Source: an uncultured cyanobacterium
Lineage (GTDB): Bacteria; Cyanobacteriota; Cyanobacteriia; PCC-9006; JAAUQQ01
NCBI GenBank assembly: GCA_963718615.1
Contig: OY970368.1
Span: forward strand, 2,592,001 to 2,656,000
Direction of reading: 5' to 3'
Length of the DNA stretch: 64,000 nt
In this document: positions 10,153-19,464 of the stretch, piece after piece
Layout: the number at the start of each line of letters is the position of its first letter
Position numbering within the stretch: the stretch's first letter is position 1
Notes under the pieces: generated by a model
What the model was told of the DNA's origin: nothing
Database searches by the model: none
What the model saw: the letters and a program-made list of their open reading frames with translations, nothing else
Position numbers and translations under genes: made by a program

Positions 10153-11322
10153 ATGCATATCGCTTGGCTCGGGAAGAAGTCACCGTTTTGCGGCAATGTA
10201 ACCTATGGTCGAGAGGTGACCAATGCGCTGCTAGAGCGAGATTATCAGGTTAGTTTTCTACATTTTGCCCAGCAAAGGCAGCCTGGGGATCCACAACCTG
10301 ACTATCAGGAGGTGTCGATTCCCTGTCTCTATAAGTCCCAGATTTATACCATTCCTTCACCTCGGGCCAGTAAGGTTCTGGTTCAAGCCCTTAAGACGCT
10401 CAAACCCGATATTGTGCATGCTTCGCTGACGCTGTCGCCCCTGGATTTTCGTCTCCCCGAGGTCTGTGAAGCCTTAGGGATCCCACTTGTTGCCACATTC
10501 CACCCGCCCTTTGACCACAAGTTGCGCAATCTCACGTCGGGCACCCAGCATCTGACCTATCAGCTCTATGCGCCTTCCCTGGCCAAATACGATTGTGTCA
10601 TTGTGTTTTCTAATCTACAGCGGGATTTGCTGATGCGGTTGGGGGTACCGGGCGATCGCATCGCCGTCATTCCCAATGGGGTTGATCCCGATCGCTATTG
10701 TCCTCCGACCTATCCAACCCCTCGCACCTTGGCCCAGGAGCTGGGAGCGGAGCGTTTGTTTATCTATCAAGGCCGAATTTCCAACGAGAAAAACGTCGAA
10801 GCCTTGCTCAAAGCCTGGAAACTGGCAGACATGGGACCCCGTTGTCGGCTGCTGATCGTGGGCGATGGCCCCTTAAAGCCAACCCTGGAGAGCTTTTATG
10901 GTGAGGAACTTGGGGTGATTTGGTGGGGCTTTGAGGCCAACGAAGCGCGACGGATTCAATTGCTTCAGAGCAGCGATGTCTTTATTCTGCCGTCCCTGGT
11001 GGAAGGACTGTCGCTTTCCCTGCTGGAGGCCATGGGCTGTGGTTTGGCCTGTCTGGCCACCGATGCTGGAGCCGATGGTGAAGTCCTAGAGAATGGTGCA
11101 GGGGTAGTCCTGAGTACTCAGCGTGTTACCACCCAACTCCAGACGCTCTTGCCCATTTTCCGCGACCATCCTGAAATCACAGCTCTGTTAGGGCAAAAAG
11201 CGCGACAGCGCGTTCTTGAACGCTACACCCTGCGGCAAAACCTGATTGAAGTGGAAGGGATCTACCGTCGGCTGCTGCATCCTGCACCTCAACCCCTTTC
11301 CCTCGGCAAGTATGCGTCCTAG
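10153..11322 (+). CDS. dgdA: GT4 glycosyltransferase, probably digalactosyldiacylglycerol synthase
   Basis: N-terminus MHIAWLGKKSPFCGNVTY, recalled as typical of cyanobacterial DgdA; GT4 motif PSLVEGLSLSLLEAM. Confidence 0.75.
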   Translation: MHIAWLGKKSPFCGNVTYGREVTNALLERDYQVSFLHFAQQRQPGDPQPDYQEVSIPCLYKSQIYTIPSPRASKVLVQALKTLKPDIVHASLTLSPLDFRLPEVCEALGIPLVATFHPPFDHKLRNLTSGTQHLTYQLYAPSLAKYDCVIVFSNLQRDLLMRLGVPGDRIAVIPNGVDPDRYCPPTYPTPRTLAQELGAERLFIYQGRISNEKNVEALLKAWKLADMGPRCRLLIVGDGPLKPTLESFYGEELGVIWWGFEANEARRIQLLQSSDVFILPSLVEGLSLSLLEAMGCGLACLATDAGADGEVLENGAGVVLSTQRVTTQLQTLLPIFRDHPEITALLGQKARQRVLERYTLRQNLIEVEGIYRRLLHPAPQPLSLGKYAS

Positions 11323-11343
11323 CCAAGTGCTTTAACCAGTACT

Positions 11344-11730
11344 TTAAAAGGAGGAATGACTGGTCCGGCGTCCAAGCTCAACCATCGAACCGGCGAGGCA
11401 GGCTAGCATTCCGCCGCTGACCGAACCTCCCCGACCTAGGGTGAGGGCAATCAGCAAATAGCAACCGATTCCGAGGGCAATAAACGGAATAATGCTCATC
11501 AAAGATGCGTAGAAGCCGTTAATTGCTTCCCGCACGGGTCTTGTGGTCTCAAATTCTACTTGGCTAAAGTAGAGCGATCGCTCCGCATTATTAAACCAGC
11601 GCGTAAGTTGTTCCGTAATCCAGTCTGCCAGCGGCGAAAGCATAATGTAGAGCGCTAGCGCCCAGAGGCTCATGCCGATAAGGGCAAAGCGACTGATCGA
11701 AAACTGAAACGCAAACAGGTCGATTACCAT
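11344..11730 (-). CDS. Small hypothetical membrane protein
   Basis: 128 aa with 2-3 hydrophobic segments; fills the gap between flanking + strand genes. Confidence 0.75.
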   Translation of the reverse strand: MVIDLFAFQFSISRFALIGMSLWALALYIMLSPLADWITEQLTRWFNNAERSLYFSQVEFETTRPVREAINGFYASLMSIIPFIALGIGCYLLIALTLGRGGSVSGGMLACLAGSMVELGRRTSHSSF

Positions 11731-11847
11731 GGCCCTCCTTCAAGTGCGGGTGGCACGATTGCAGCTGGATTTTGGTCGTCGATTTACAATTGGCCATATC
11801 CAGTAAAGCAGAACTTTGCTCAAACTCAACAATTTGAAATCTTTTCT

Positions 11848-12771
11848 ATGACAGTTGCTTCGTCATCATTTGTGGCTCAGACTTGGAATTGGCGTCATTA
11901 CCAGGAAACCTATCGCATTCATGCCGTGAAGGCAGGCGATCGCCGCTCCGATCGTCCTCCCATTCTCTTCATCCATGGCTTTGGTGCTTCAACGGTTCAT
12001 TGGAAAAAGAATATGGTGTCGCTCCAGGCGGAAACGGAGGTCTGGGCGATGGATTTGTTGGGGTTTGGGCGATCGGAAAAGGCGATCGCCCCCTACAGTG
12101 GCCAGTTTTGGAGTCAGCAAATCCATGGGTTTATCCAAGACGTGATTGGAGCGCCTGTGGTGCTTGTGGGCAATTCTATCGGAGGCTATGCAACGCTTTG
12201 TACGGCGGCAGATTATCCTGAGTCGGTTCACAGTGCCGTTTTGCTCAATAGTGCTGGGCCGTTTAGTGGGGAGCGATCGCAATCCTCGCTTTCGATCAAT
12301 CCGCTCATGCGAACGTTGCAACATCTTCGCCAAGACACGTTTCGGCAGGCATGGGTTCATTTGCTGGTTTTCTTGAGTATGCGACGGCGATCGACGATCC
12401 GAAAAACCCTTTCTAAGGTTTATTTCGATGCTTCGACGATTACGGATGAACTGGTTGAAGCCATTTATCAACCCGCTTGGGAAAGGGGGGCCTTCGGCGC
12501 GTTTTCTGCAATGTTTTCATCACCGTCTGGAGAGCCCATTGATACGTTACTCAATCGTATGCATTGCCCTTTGCTGTTGCTTTGGGGGGCTAAGGATCCT
12601 TGGTCTCGTACAGAAGCTCGCAGCCTCTTGTTCCGAAGATTTTATCCTGAGCTCACGGAGTATTTTTTAGAGGCGGGTCACTGTCCCCACGATGAAGTGC
12701 CGGAGCAGGTGAATCGCCTGTTGAAAGAGTGGTTGACAGAAGATTGGTTGACAGCGGTGCCTCAAGCATAA
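11848..12771 (+). CDS. Alpha/beta-fold hydrolase
   Basis: HGFGAS, DLLGFG, GNSIGG nucleophile elbow, AGHCPHDE. Confidence 0.93.
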   Translation: MTVASSSFVAQTWNWRHYQETYRIHAVKAGDRRSDRPPILFIHGFGASTVHWKKNMVSLQAETEVWAMDLLGFGRSEKAIAPYSGQFWSQQIHGFIQDVIGAPVVLVGNSIGGYATLCTAADYPESVHSAVLLNSAGPFSGERSQSSLSINPLMRTLQHLRQDTFRQAWVHLLVFLSMRRRSTIRKTLSKVYFDASTITDELVEAIYQPAWERGAFGAFSAMFSSPSGEPIDTLLNRMHCPLLLLWGAKDPWSRTEARSLLFRRFYPELTEYFLEAGHCPHDEVPEQVNRLLKEWLTEDWLTAVPQA

Positions 12772-12776
12772 TCTCT

Positions 12777-13473
12777 ATGATCGATCACGACCGTCTCTTC
12801 AAAGAACTGCTCACAACCGCAGGTTGAGCGTTTGCGGGTAAAAGTTGAGTGCTTGCGCCTACTGGCAACGCTTAAGCTCAATCCGGCCAAAATGCGCTTG
12901 ATCTCAGGATTTGTCGATACCTATCTCAAGCTCAATCCCCAGGAAACACAACAGTTTCAAACCGAGATTGATAGCATGGAACCAAGACAACGGGAGGTTG
13001 TTATGCAGATTGTTACCAGTTGGCTAGAAGAAGGGCTCCAGCAAGGGCTCCAGCAAGGGCTCCAGCAAGGGCTCCAGCAAGGGCTCCAGCAAGGGCTCCA
13101 GCAAGCATTACAACAAGAGCAGAGTATGGTTTTGCGCTTGTTGCGGCGGCGACTGAGTCAGCCAGTTCCTCAGGCGGAAGCAGAACAGGTGCGGAGCCTA
13201 TCCCATTGGCAGTTGGAAGAATTGGGGGAAGCGTTGTTAGATTTTACTGATCTGGAGGAGTTGAGAGCTTGGCTGACTGATTTGCAGGAAGAGCAGGATT
13301 CGCTCCAGTTGCTGCTTGGGGAAAGGTTTGGGGAACTGGAGTCGGAGATGAAAAAACGTATGTTAGGCGTAGGACGCCTGCATCTCGCTCAACTCCAGCA
13401 AGACTTGCCCTCTCTGTCAGACATCAATGCATTGCGCCAGTGGCTTGACAACATCTCAGTCGAAACCCGCTGA
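12777..13473 (+). pseudogene. Rpn-family (PD-(D/E)XK) / DUF4351 gene with a large internal deletion; C-terminal part intact
   Basis: ATG 12777 gives MIDHDRLFKELLTTAG* (typical Rpn N-terminus), joined out of frame to VERLRVKVECLRLLATLKLNPAK...MQIVTSW-(GLQQ)6-DUF4351-like LEELGEALLDF. Confidence 0.8.
13031..13102 (+). repeat. Perfect 12-bp tandem repeat x6 (AAGGGCTCCAGC) encoding (GLQQ)n
   Basis: Read directly from the sequence. Confidence 0.97.
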
Positions 13474-13499
13474 AGCTAATGCTGCGTTTTTAGAAAAGC

Positions 13500-13530
13500 A
13501 AAAGCCCCGCTCATGGCGGGGCTTTTATTT
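13500..13530. terminator. Bidirectional rho-independent terminator
   Basis: AAAAGCCCCGC-TCATG-GCGGGGCTTTT hairpin between convergent genes. Confidence 0.85.
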
Positions 13531-13560
13531 CAACTCAACCAGAGGGATTTAACCAAAGGT

Positions 13561-15099
13561 TTAGAAGCTGAACTTGGTGCGGAGAGAACCAATCCAGATG
13601 CTGTCATTATTATCGTTACCGCCAGGATTGGAAATATAAAATACACCAGGCTGAACGCTGATGTTGTCGCTCACTTTAAAGCGGTAGAACGCTTGAGCCA
13701 GCAGCGGCGCATTAGGGGTCTCAGTAAAGGCAGTACCAGTTTCATCAGTTACGTAGGTGTAGTTGCCAACGGACAAACCACCATAATTGCCCTGACGGAA
13801 GAGGTCGGGGAAACCAAGCTGAGCAGCCCAGTTAAAGAGGGTTGCATCAGAGTTGCTGTCCTTGGAATCAGCCCAGCCCCAGCCAGCCCAGCCAGAGAGG
13901 TTGAGCTTAGAGCTAAGCGCATAACCAGCGTTTAAGCCAACCGCATCAATAGTGGAAGACTCTACGCCTGCACCACCGGAAGAAAAGTAAGCATGGTTGT
14001 AGGTTGCAGCCACGACCAGCTTGTCACCGGGAGTAAAAGTCAACTGAGCGAATGCGGTATTGTCGCCACCAGTCAAGCCGTTGTCGGTTCCAGCGATATT
14101 CGCTTCACCACCCAAATAGGCGGCAGCAACGTTAATAGAATCCGTGAGCTGATAGTTGAAACCAGCACCAGCACCAGAAACCAAGCTGTAGGACAGCGGG
14201 TTACCATTGCCGAAATAGTCGCTGACGGTGTCATCCATCAAGCTGGCAGTAGTCGGAGCGATTTCGTCAGCTTCGAGGTCAACAACCCCTACATAAACTT
14301 GAGCCTTACCAATGGGGAAGCTGTAGTACAGGTTATCTAACGTGAAGTTTAGACTCCCATCACCACCGGTTTCATAATCTACAGCAGCTTCATCAAAGCC
14401 TGTACGTCCTCGTACTAAACCGTTGTCATCGACATCAGCTCCATAGCTTTGGATGTTTCCAGCCGTTAAGTCCATGGTCAACAAGTCCCGACCCGTGAAG
14501 CTGGTATTGAGCGTCAAGGTTACATCACCACCCAAGGTGACTTCATCTTGAACACTAGCAGGACCATCAAAGGCAGAGCCTAGATCAAAGACAGCCTCAC
14601 CCACGAGCTTGGTAGTAGTGGAGAACTGGTTGGCTTCGAGCTCAGCGGTGCGAGCTTCGAGTGCGTCCACACGACCGCGCAGCGTAGCCAGTTCAGCTTG
14701 GAACTCTTCTTGTAGGCGTTGCAGCACAGCCAGATCTTCAGCGGTGACCAAGTCAGCTGTTGCAGACGCGATCAGTTCGTTGACGCGATCCAAACAGGCG
14801 TTCAAACCCGCAGCAAACTCATAACGGGTCATGGCCCGGTTGCCGCGATAGGTGCCGTCGGGATAGCCCGCGATACAGCCGTAGCGCTCAACCAAAGATT
14901 GGAGCGCTTGGAACGCCCAGTCGGTGGGTTGCACATCGCGGAGCTGGGACACGGAGGTCACCTGGCCCATGGACTGGCCTTCAGCCGCATATTGGCTGAT
15001 TTGAGCCAGATTGGCTTCTTGAGCTTGAACGCTGGTGGCGATCGCCATACCCAAAAAAGCAGGAGCAGCCAGGAGGGCCTTCCAAGAAATCTTAGTCAT
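13561..15099 (-). CDS. SLH-domain outer membrane porin (SomA/OprB-type), copy 1
   Basis: Signal peptide, QVTSVSQLRDVQPTDWAFQALQSLVERYGCIAGYP SLH domain, coiled coil, FSTTTKL, C-terminal Phe (RTKFSF). Confidence 0.95.
   Translation of the reverse strand: MTKISWKALLAAPAFLGMAIATSVQAQEANLAQISQYAAEGQSMGQVTSVSQLRDVQPTDWAFQALQSLVERYGCIAGYPDGTYRGNRAMTRYEFAAGLNACLDRVNELIASATADLVTAEDLAVLQRLQEEFQAELATLRGRVDALEARTAELEANQFSTTTKLVGEAVFDLGSAFDGPASVQDEVTLGGDVTLTLNTSFTGRDLLTMDLTAGNIQSYGADVDDNGLVRGRTGFDEAAVDYETGGDGSLNFTLDNLYYSFPIGKAQVYVGVVDLEADEIAPTTASLMDDTVSDYFGNGNPLSYSLVSGAGAGFNYQLTDSINVAAAYLGGEANIAGTDNGLTGGDNTAFAQLTFTPGDKLVVAATYNHAYFSSGGAGVESSTIDAVGLNAGYALSSKLNLSGWAGWGWADSKDSNSDATLFNWAAQLGFPDLFRQGNYGGLSVGNYTYVTDETGTAFTETPNAPLLAQAFYRFKVSDNISVQPGVFYISNPGGNDNNDSIWIGSLRTKFSF
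14606..14976. repeat. 371-bp near-identical direct repeat shared with 18544-18914; 14771-14940 is identical to 16777-16946
   Basis: Manual alignment: about 5 mismatches between copies 1 and 3 over 371 bp; none between copies 1 and 2 over 170 bp. Confidence 0.9.
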
Positions 15100-15470
15100 A
15101 CTCTTTCCTCACACCTTAAAAAAGGATTATGGAAGCAATGCTTCCCACACAACAAAAAGTTAGCACAGACTTAACCATGAGATCACCTTCGGTTAAGGAT
15201 TCTCGATAGTCGTTTCTGCCACTCCCTCAAGATTCCCTCCGCTCTGGCTAAAGATCTCACCTTTTTTTAAGAGCTTAGGAGGGGTCTCGACCCTCATAAT
15301 TTTTCGGAGACGCTTTCTGAAATCTATCTGGAGAAAGAAATCTAGAAAGCCGGGAGAAGAAGAACGTCAGGGAACTTGCCCACAGGTCATCCTCAAAGGG
15401 TTGACGGATGTTTCTTCTTAGATGTTCCTTCCAAAAAGCAAAATTATTCAACAGTGCTTTGAACATGCTT

Positions 15471-17162
15471 CTAAAACTTGAATACAGTCAGCAGGGATCC
15501 CACCCAGGCATTGTTGTTTTGACTGCTGCCGTTAGGATTCGCTAGGTAGAGAACCTGCGGCTTGACCGTGATGCTGTCACTAACCTTAAAACCGTAGGCC
15601 GCTTGAAGCATGAAGGGTGTGCTATTGTCCTGCCGGGTCTTGACATCGCTGCTAGAGACATAGGGAGGAGCCCCAAAGGCTAGGGTCCCAAAATTTCCTT
15701 CCCTAAACAGATCAGGGAATCCTAGGGTGACAGCCCAGGTCATGATGTCAGCCTCATTACTAGTATCGAGCTGATTCACGTTTGACCAGCCATACCAGCC
15801 CGAGAGGTTGAATTTGGAGCTGAGTTTGTAGGATGCATTAATCCCGAAATTGTCAGCAGTGGTTGCTCCGGTTCTGCCAGGAGACTTGATAAAGGGTTGG
15901 CGTGCATTGAGCGTACCGCGATCGACCCCCGTCACAAACGCTCCATCTGGCGCATAGTTATGGGTATAGGTTCCTGCTAACGTCAAGCGGTTAGTGGGTG
16001 TAAAGGTGAGCTGTGTAAAGACCGTATTCGATCCCCCTGTCAAGCCATTATCATCACCGGCCCGACTGGCATCATCTCCAATCAACTGCCCCGCATTATT
16101 AGTCCGATTGTCAAAGGAGTTGGCCAGGTAGGCTGCCGCAACGTTGATGGAATTGGTGAGTTGAAAATTAAAACCTGCCCCTGCCCCTGTGCCGAACGGA
16201 CGCTTATAGGAAATGGGGTTGAACTTGTAAAAATCAGCAAATGTGTAGTTTTCGCTGAGGTTTGCCCTGGTCGGTACGATCACATCAGGTTCTAATCCCC
16301 GAGTTCCCACATAAACGCTGGCCTTGCCAATGGGAAACTTATACCAAAGCTCGTTGAGCTCAACATTGTTGCTGTTTCCGGGATAGCCTTCAAACAGGGC
16401 GGGCACAGCACCACTATCGAAACGCAATGCATAGGCTTCTTTATCACCAAATTGCAGACGAGTTCGGAGCAAATCTTTCCCCGTAAAGCTGGTGTTGAGC
16501 GCGAGGCGAACCCGAGCCCCCAGCGTAACTTCGTCTTGGGCATCATCATTCAACCCAGCGCCCGATTCTCCTGCAAAAGTACTACCCAGATCAAACCAAG
16601 CCAGACCCGATAGTTTGGTAGTGGTGGAAAATTGATTGGCTTCCAACTCAGCGGTGCGGGCTTCGAGCGCATCAACACGCCCCCGCAATGTTGCTAGCTC
16701 AACCTGAAATTCTTCTTGTAAGCGCTGTAGTACCGCAAGATCTTCAGCACTCACCAAGTCAGCAGTGGCAGAGGCAATCAGTTCGTTGACGCGATCCAAA
16801 CAGGCGTTCAAACCCGCAGCAAACTCATAACGGGTCATGGCCCGGTTGCCGCGATAGGTGCCGTCGGGATAGCCCGCGATACAGCCGTAGCGCTCAACCA
16901 AAGATTGGAGCGCTTGGAACGCCCAGTCGGTGGGTTGCACATCGCGAAGTTGGGAGACAGACGTGACTTGACTCAGCGACTCTTCAGCCGTTGCGGCGGT
17001 CATTTGGGTTTCGGCAGCATAGGCTCCAGATTGCGCTAGGGTGTCAGCAATCGACGGTGAATCGCTGATTGCTTGGGCAGAAGCCAAACCATTAGCGATC
17101 AACAAACCACTCAAAAAGGCTGGGGTTGCCAGGAGTGATCCCCAAAGTTTGCTTGTGCTCAT
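15471..17162 (-). CDS. SLH-domain outer membrane porin, copy 2
   Basis: Same SLH/coiled-coil block; C-terminal TVFKF; ATG 17162 preceded by GAGGAG. Confidence 0.95.
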   Translation of the reverse strand: MSTSKLWGSLLATPAFLSGLLIANGLASAQAISDSPSIADTLAQSGAYAAETQMTAATAEESLSQVTSVSQLRDVQPTDWAFQALQSLVERYGCIAGYPDGTYRGNRAMTRYEFAAGLNACLDRVNELIASATADLVSAEDLAVLQRLQEEFQVELATLRGRVDALEARTAELEANQFSTTTKLSGLAWFDLGSTFAGESGAGLNDDAQDEVTLGARVRLALNTSFTGKDLLRTRLQFGDKEAYALRFDSGAVPALFEGYPGNSNNVELNELWYKFPIGKASVYVGTRGLEPDVIVPTRANLSENYTFADFYKFNPISYKRPFGTGAGAGFNFQLTNSINVAAAYLANSFDNRTNNAGQLIGDDASRAGDDNGLTGGSNTVFTQLTFTPTNRLTLAGTYTHNYAPDGAFVTGVDRGTLNARQPFIKSPGRTGATTADNFGINASYKLSSKFNLSGWYGWSNVNQLDTSNEADIMTWAVTLGFPDLFREGNFGTLAFGAPPYVSSSDVKTRQDNSTPFMLQAAYGFKVSDSITVKPQVLYLANPNGSSQNNNAWVGSLLTVFKF

Positions 17163-17166
17163 GAAT

Positions 17167-17176
17167 CTCCTCACAC
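17167..17176 (-). promoter_or_regulatory. Yfr1 sRNA-complementary site GTGTGAGGAG in porin 5' UTR (9-nt versions at 15106-15114 and 19056-19064)
   Basis: Reverse complement of the conserved Yfr1 motif ACUCCUCACAC; overlaps the ribosome-binding region of all three porins. Confidence 0.75.
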
Positions 17177-17327
17177 ATGAATATCGGCGACAAAGGCATG
17201 GATGCTGGGCAACGCAAGTCTTTTGTCAGATCTTGATTGTTCTGAACTCTCAAAGATTAAGTGATGTTTAAGTGAGGGTTAAGAGAGCATTTGCGATCGC
17301 CGCATGTCCACGATGCACTCTATCCAT

Positions 17328-17357
17328 AAAAAAGAGGGAACTGCGGACAGTTCCCTC
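17328..17357 (-). terminator. Rho-independent terminator after porin copy 3
   Basis: GAGGGAACTG-CGGA-CAGTTCCCTC perfect 10-bp stem followed by a T6 tract on the minus strand. Confidence 0.85.
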
Positions 17358-17390
17358 CAAGATCGTGTGAGTTAGAGCATCAAGACGCTT

Positions 17391-19043
17391 CTAGAAACTA
17401 AAGGTCGTCTTCACAGAACCAGCCCAGATACTGTCATTTCGGTCATCGCCATTGGGATTAGAGATATAAAACAATTGGGGCTGGATGGCAATATTATCGC
17501 TAACCGCAAAGCTGTAGAAAGCTTGGGCGGCAAGGGGCATATCGTCACTGCGACCTCTAAAGCTATTAAGATTACGTCCGCTAGTTACGTAGGGTGTCGC
17601 GCCAATCGCAAGTCCACCGTAGTTGCCTTCACGGAACAGATCAGGAAAACCAAGGGTTACTGCCCAGTTGAAGATATCGGCTTCGCCGGATCCCTCTTTC
17701 TCCTCAATCTGGGAATATCCAACCCAACCAGAAAGATTTAGCTTAGAGCTCAGCTTGAAGCCTAGAGATGCTCCGAAGTGATCGCCAGACGTTGCGTTGC
17801 GCTTCCCATCCAGGGGATCGTTACCGAAAGGACGACGCGCTAAATCAGTTCCTTTACGAACACCGGGGTTGCTTGCTGCCTCGGGGTCATAAGTTCGAGC
17901 ATAGGATAACGCGGCGACTAGTCTGTCAGTCGGTGTAAAAGTGAGTTGCACCGCAGCCGTATTGGATCCTCCTGTCAAACCATTGGTTTCACCAGCACTA
18001 CCTGCATCAATGGAGTCAGACATGTAAGCCGCAGCAATATTCAATTTCTCACCGATGGGAAGGCTGTAGCCAAAGCCAGCCCCTTGGTCGTGCTCATAAA
18101 TTGCAGGGTTGTGCTGAAACTCTTCAAGAAAGGCGTAGTTTGTCGTATAACTAACCGTCGTGGGGACAACGTTGTCAAAATCAACACCTAAAACACCTGC
18201 AAAGGCTCGACCAGAGCCTAGAGGAAAACGATAGTAGAGTTCGTCAAGCTGAAAATTCGTACCACCGCCACCGTCAACTGTGTTGCTGTCGTAGGTAATA
18301 TCAGCACCATCTAAACTACGGCCATTCTGAAAACGACCTGCATAACCCCCAAAATTTGCAGCAACTAAGCGAGTACGCAATTCATCCTTCCCAGTGAAGC
18401 TGGTTCTTAAGCGTAAGCGAACCCGGCCTGCTAGCGTAACCTCATCTTCAGCTTGGCTTCTGGTCACTGTTGCAGGATTTGCGGTTCTAGCAGCCGTTTC
18501 GCCTGCAAAAACGCTACCGACATCGAAGATCACTTGGCCTTGCAGCTTGGTAGTAGTGGAGAACTGGTTGGCTTCGAGCTCAGCGGTGCGAGCTTCGAGT
18601 GCGTCCACACGACCGCGCAGCGTAGCCAGTTCAGATTGGAACTCTTCTTGTAGGCGTTGCAGCACAGCCAGGTCTTCGGCGGTGACCAAGTCAGCCGTTG
18701 CAGACGCGATCAGTTCGTTGACGCGATCCAAACAGGCGTTCAAACCCGCAGCAAACTCATAACGGGTCATGGCCCGGTTGCCGCGATAGGTGCCGTCAGG
18801 ATAGCCCGCGATACAGCCGTAGCGCTCAACCAAAGATTGGAGCGCTTGGAACGCCCAGTCGGTGGGTTGCACATCGCGGAGCTGGGACACGGAGGTCACC
18901 TGGCCCATGGACTGACCCTCAGCGGCGTACTGATTGGCTTGGGCCAATGTGCTAGCATCTTGGGCCAGAACTGCATTCGTGACAAAGACAGACAGTAGTG
19001 CAGCAGGGGCTGCCGACAGAATTCTAACGGTCTTGAATTTCAT
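17391..19043 (-). CDS. SLH-domain outer membrane porin, copy 3
   Basis: Same SLH block; C-terminal KTTFSF. Confidence 0.95.
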   Translation of the reverse strand: MKFKTVRILSAAPAALLSVFVTNAVLAQDASTLAQANQYAAEGQSMGQVTSVSQLRDVQPTDWAFQALQSLVERYGCIAGYPDGTYRGNRAMTRYEFAAGLNACLDRVNELIASATADLVTAEDLAVLQRLQEEFQSELATLRGRVDALEARTAELEANQFSTTTKLQGQVIFDVGSVFAGETAARTANPATVTRSQAEDEVTLAGRVRLRLRTSFTGKDELRTRLVAANFGGYAGRFQNGRSLDGADITYDSNTVDGGGGTNFQLDELYYRFPLGSGRAFAGVLGVDFDNVVPTTVSYTTNYAFLEEFQHNPAIYEHDQGAGFGYSLPIGEKLNIAAAYMSDSIDAGSAGETNGLTGGSNTAAVQLTFTPTDRLVAALSYARTYDPEAASNPGVRKGTDLARRPFGNDPLDGKRNATSGDHFGASLGFKLSSKLNLSGWVGYSQIEEKEGSGEADIFNWAVTLGFPDLFREGNYGGLAIGATPYVTSGRNLNSFRGRSDDMPLAAQAFYSFAVSDNIAIQPQLFYISNPNGDDRNDSIWAGSVKTTFSF

Positions 19044-19284
19044 ATCGAATCGATTTCCTCACACCAAATCACCAAAGTTGTGTTCCGTCGCTGACCAACT
19101 CTTTAAGAGTCATAGCAGGTTCACCGCAGTCAGTGTATCTTGCTTGATCAGGAGCGAACGCACTACCTTAAAGCTAAGTCAGGGGTTTGGAGAATGCATG
19201 TTATCTAGAACACATGCATTTTGAATCAGAGGAAAGCGATCGCATAATCCCATACCACAGCCATCTCTAAGGCTTTTCCCCTTT

Positions 19285-19346
19285 AAAAAGCTATCCGCTC
19301 TTGTCGGATGTTTCTGCAACAGTGCAGCAAACGAAGACAAGAGCGG
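19285..19346 (-). terminator. Long hairpin plus T tract closing a putative small transcript
   Basis: CCGCTCTTGTC (19295-19305) pairs with GACAAGAGCGG (19336-19346), with inner GTTT/AAAC and CTGCA/TGCAG stems; T5 tract follows on the minus strand. Confidence 0.6.
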
Positions 19347-19392
19347 TCTAGTCGGGTCAGCTCAGGCTACGCCTGACTGCCGGGAGGAACTC

Positions 19393-19464
19393 CTAGAGTA
19401 CGGCCCCGGCGCACAGCCGGCCTTGGGCAACCTGAAGACCCGTGGTTGTACTACTCTCACTCAT
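19393..19464 (-). CDS. Putative 23-aa micro-ORF (MSESSTTTGLQVAQGRLCAGAVL) or sRNA core
   Basis: Strong SD GGAGGTG shortly before the ATG; flanked by a candidate extended -10 and a terminator. Confidence 0.4.
   Translation of the reverse strand: MSESSTTTGLQVAQGRLCAGAVL

Noticed and set aside
13020-13250. (RAPA)n ORF; the 12-bp repeat as a possible CRISPR array
   Set aside because: It is an alternative frame of the GLQQ repeat; the units are contiguous with no spacers and there are no cas genes.
13561-19043. Porin array as a DGR or invertible shufflon
   Set aside because: No reverse transcriptase or recombinase in the window, all copies are in the same orientation, and mismatches are not adenine-specific.
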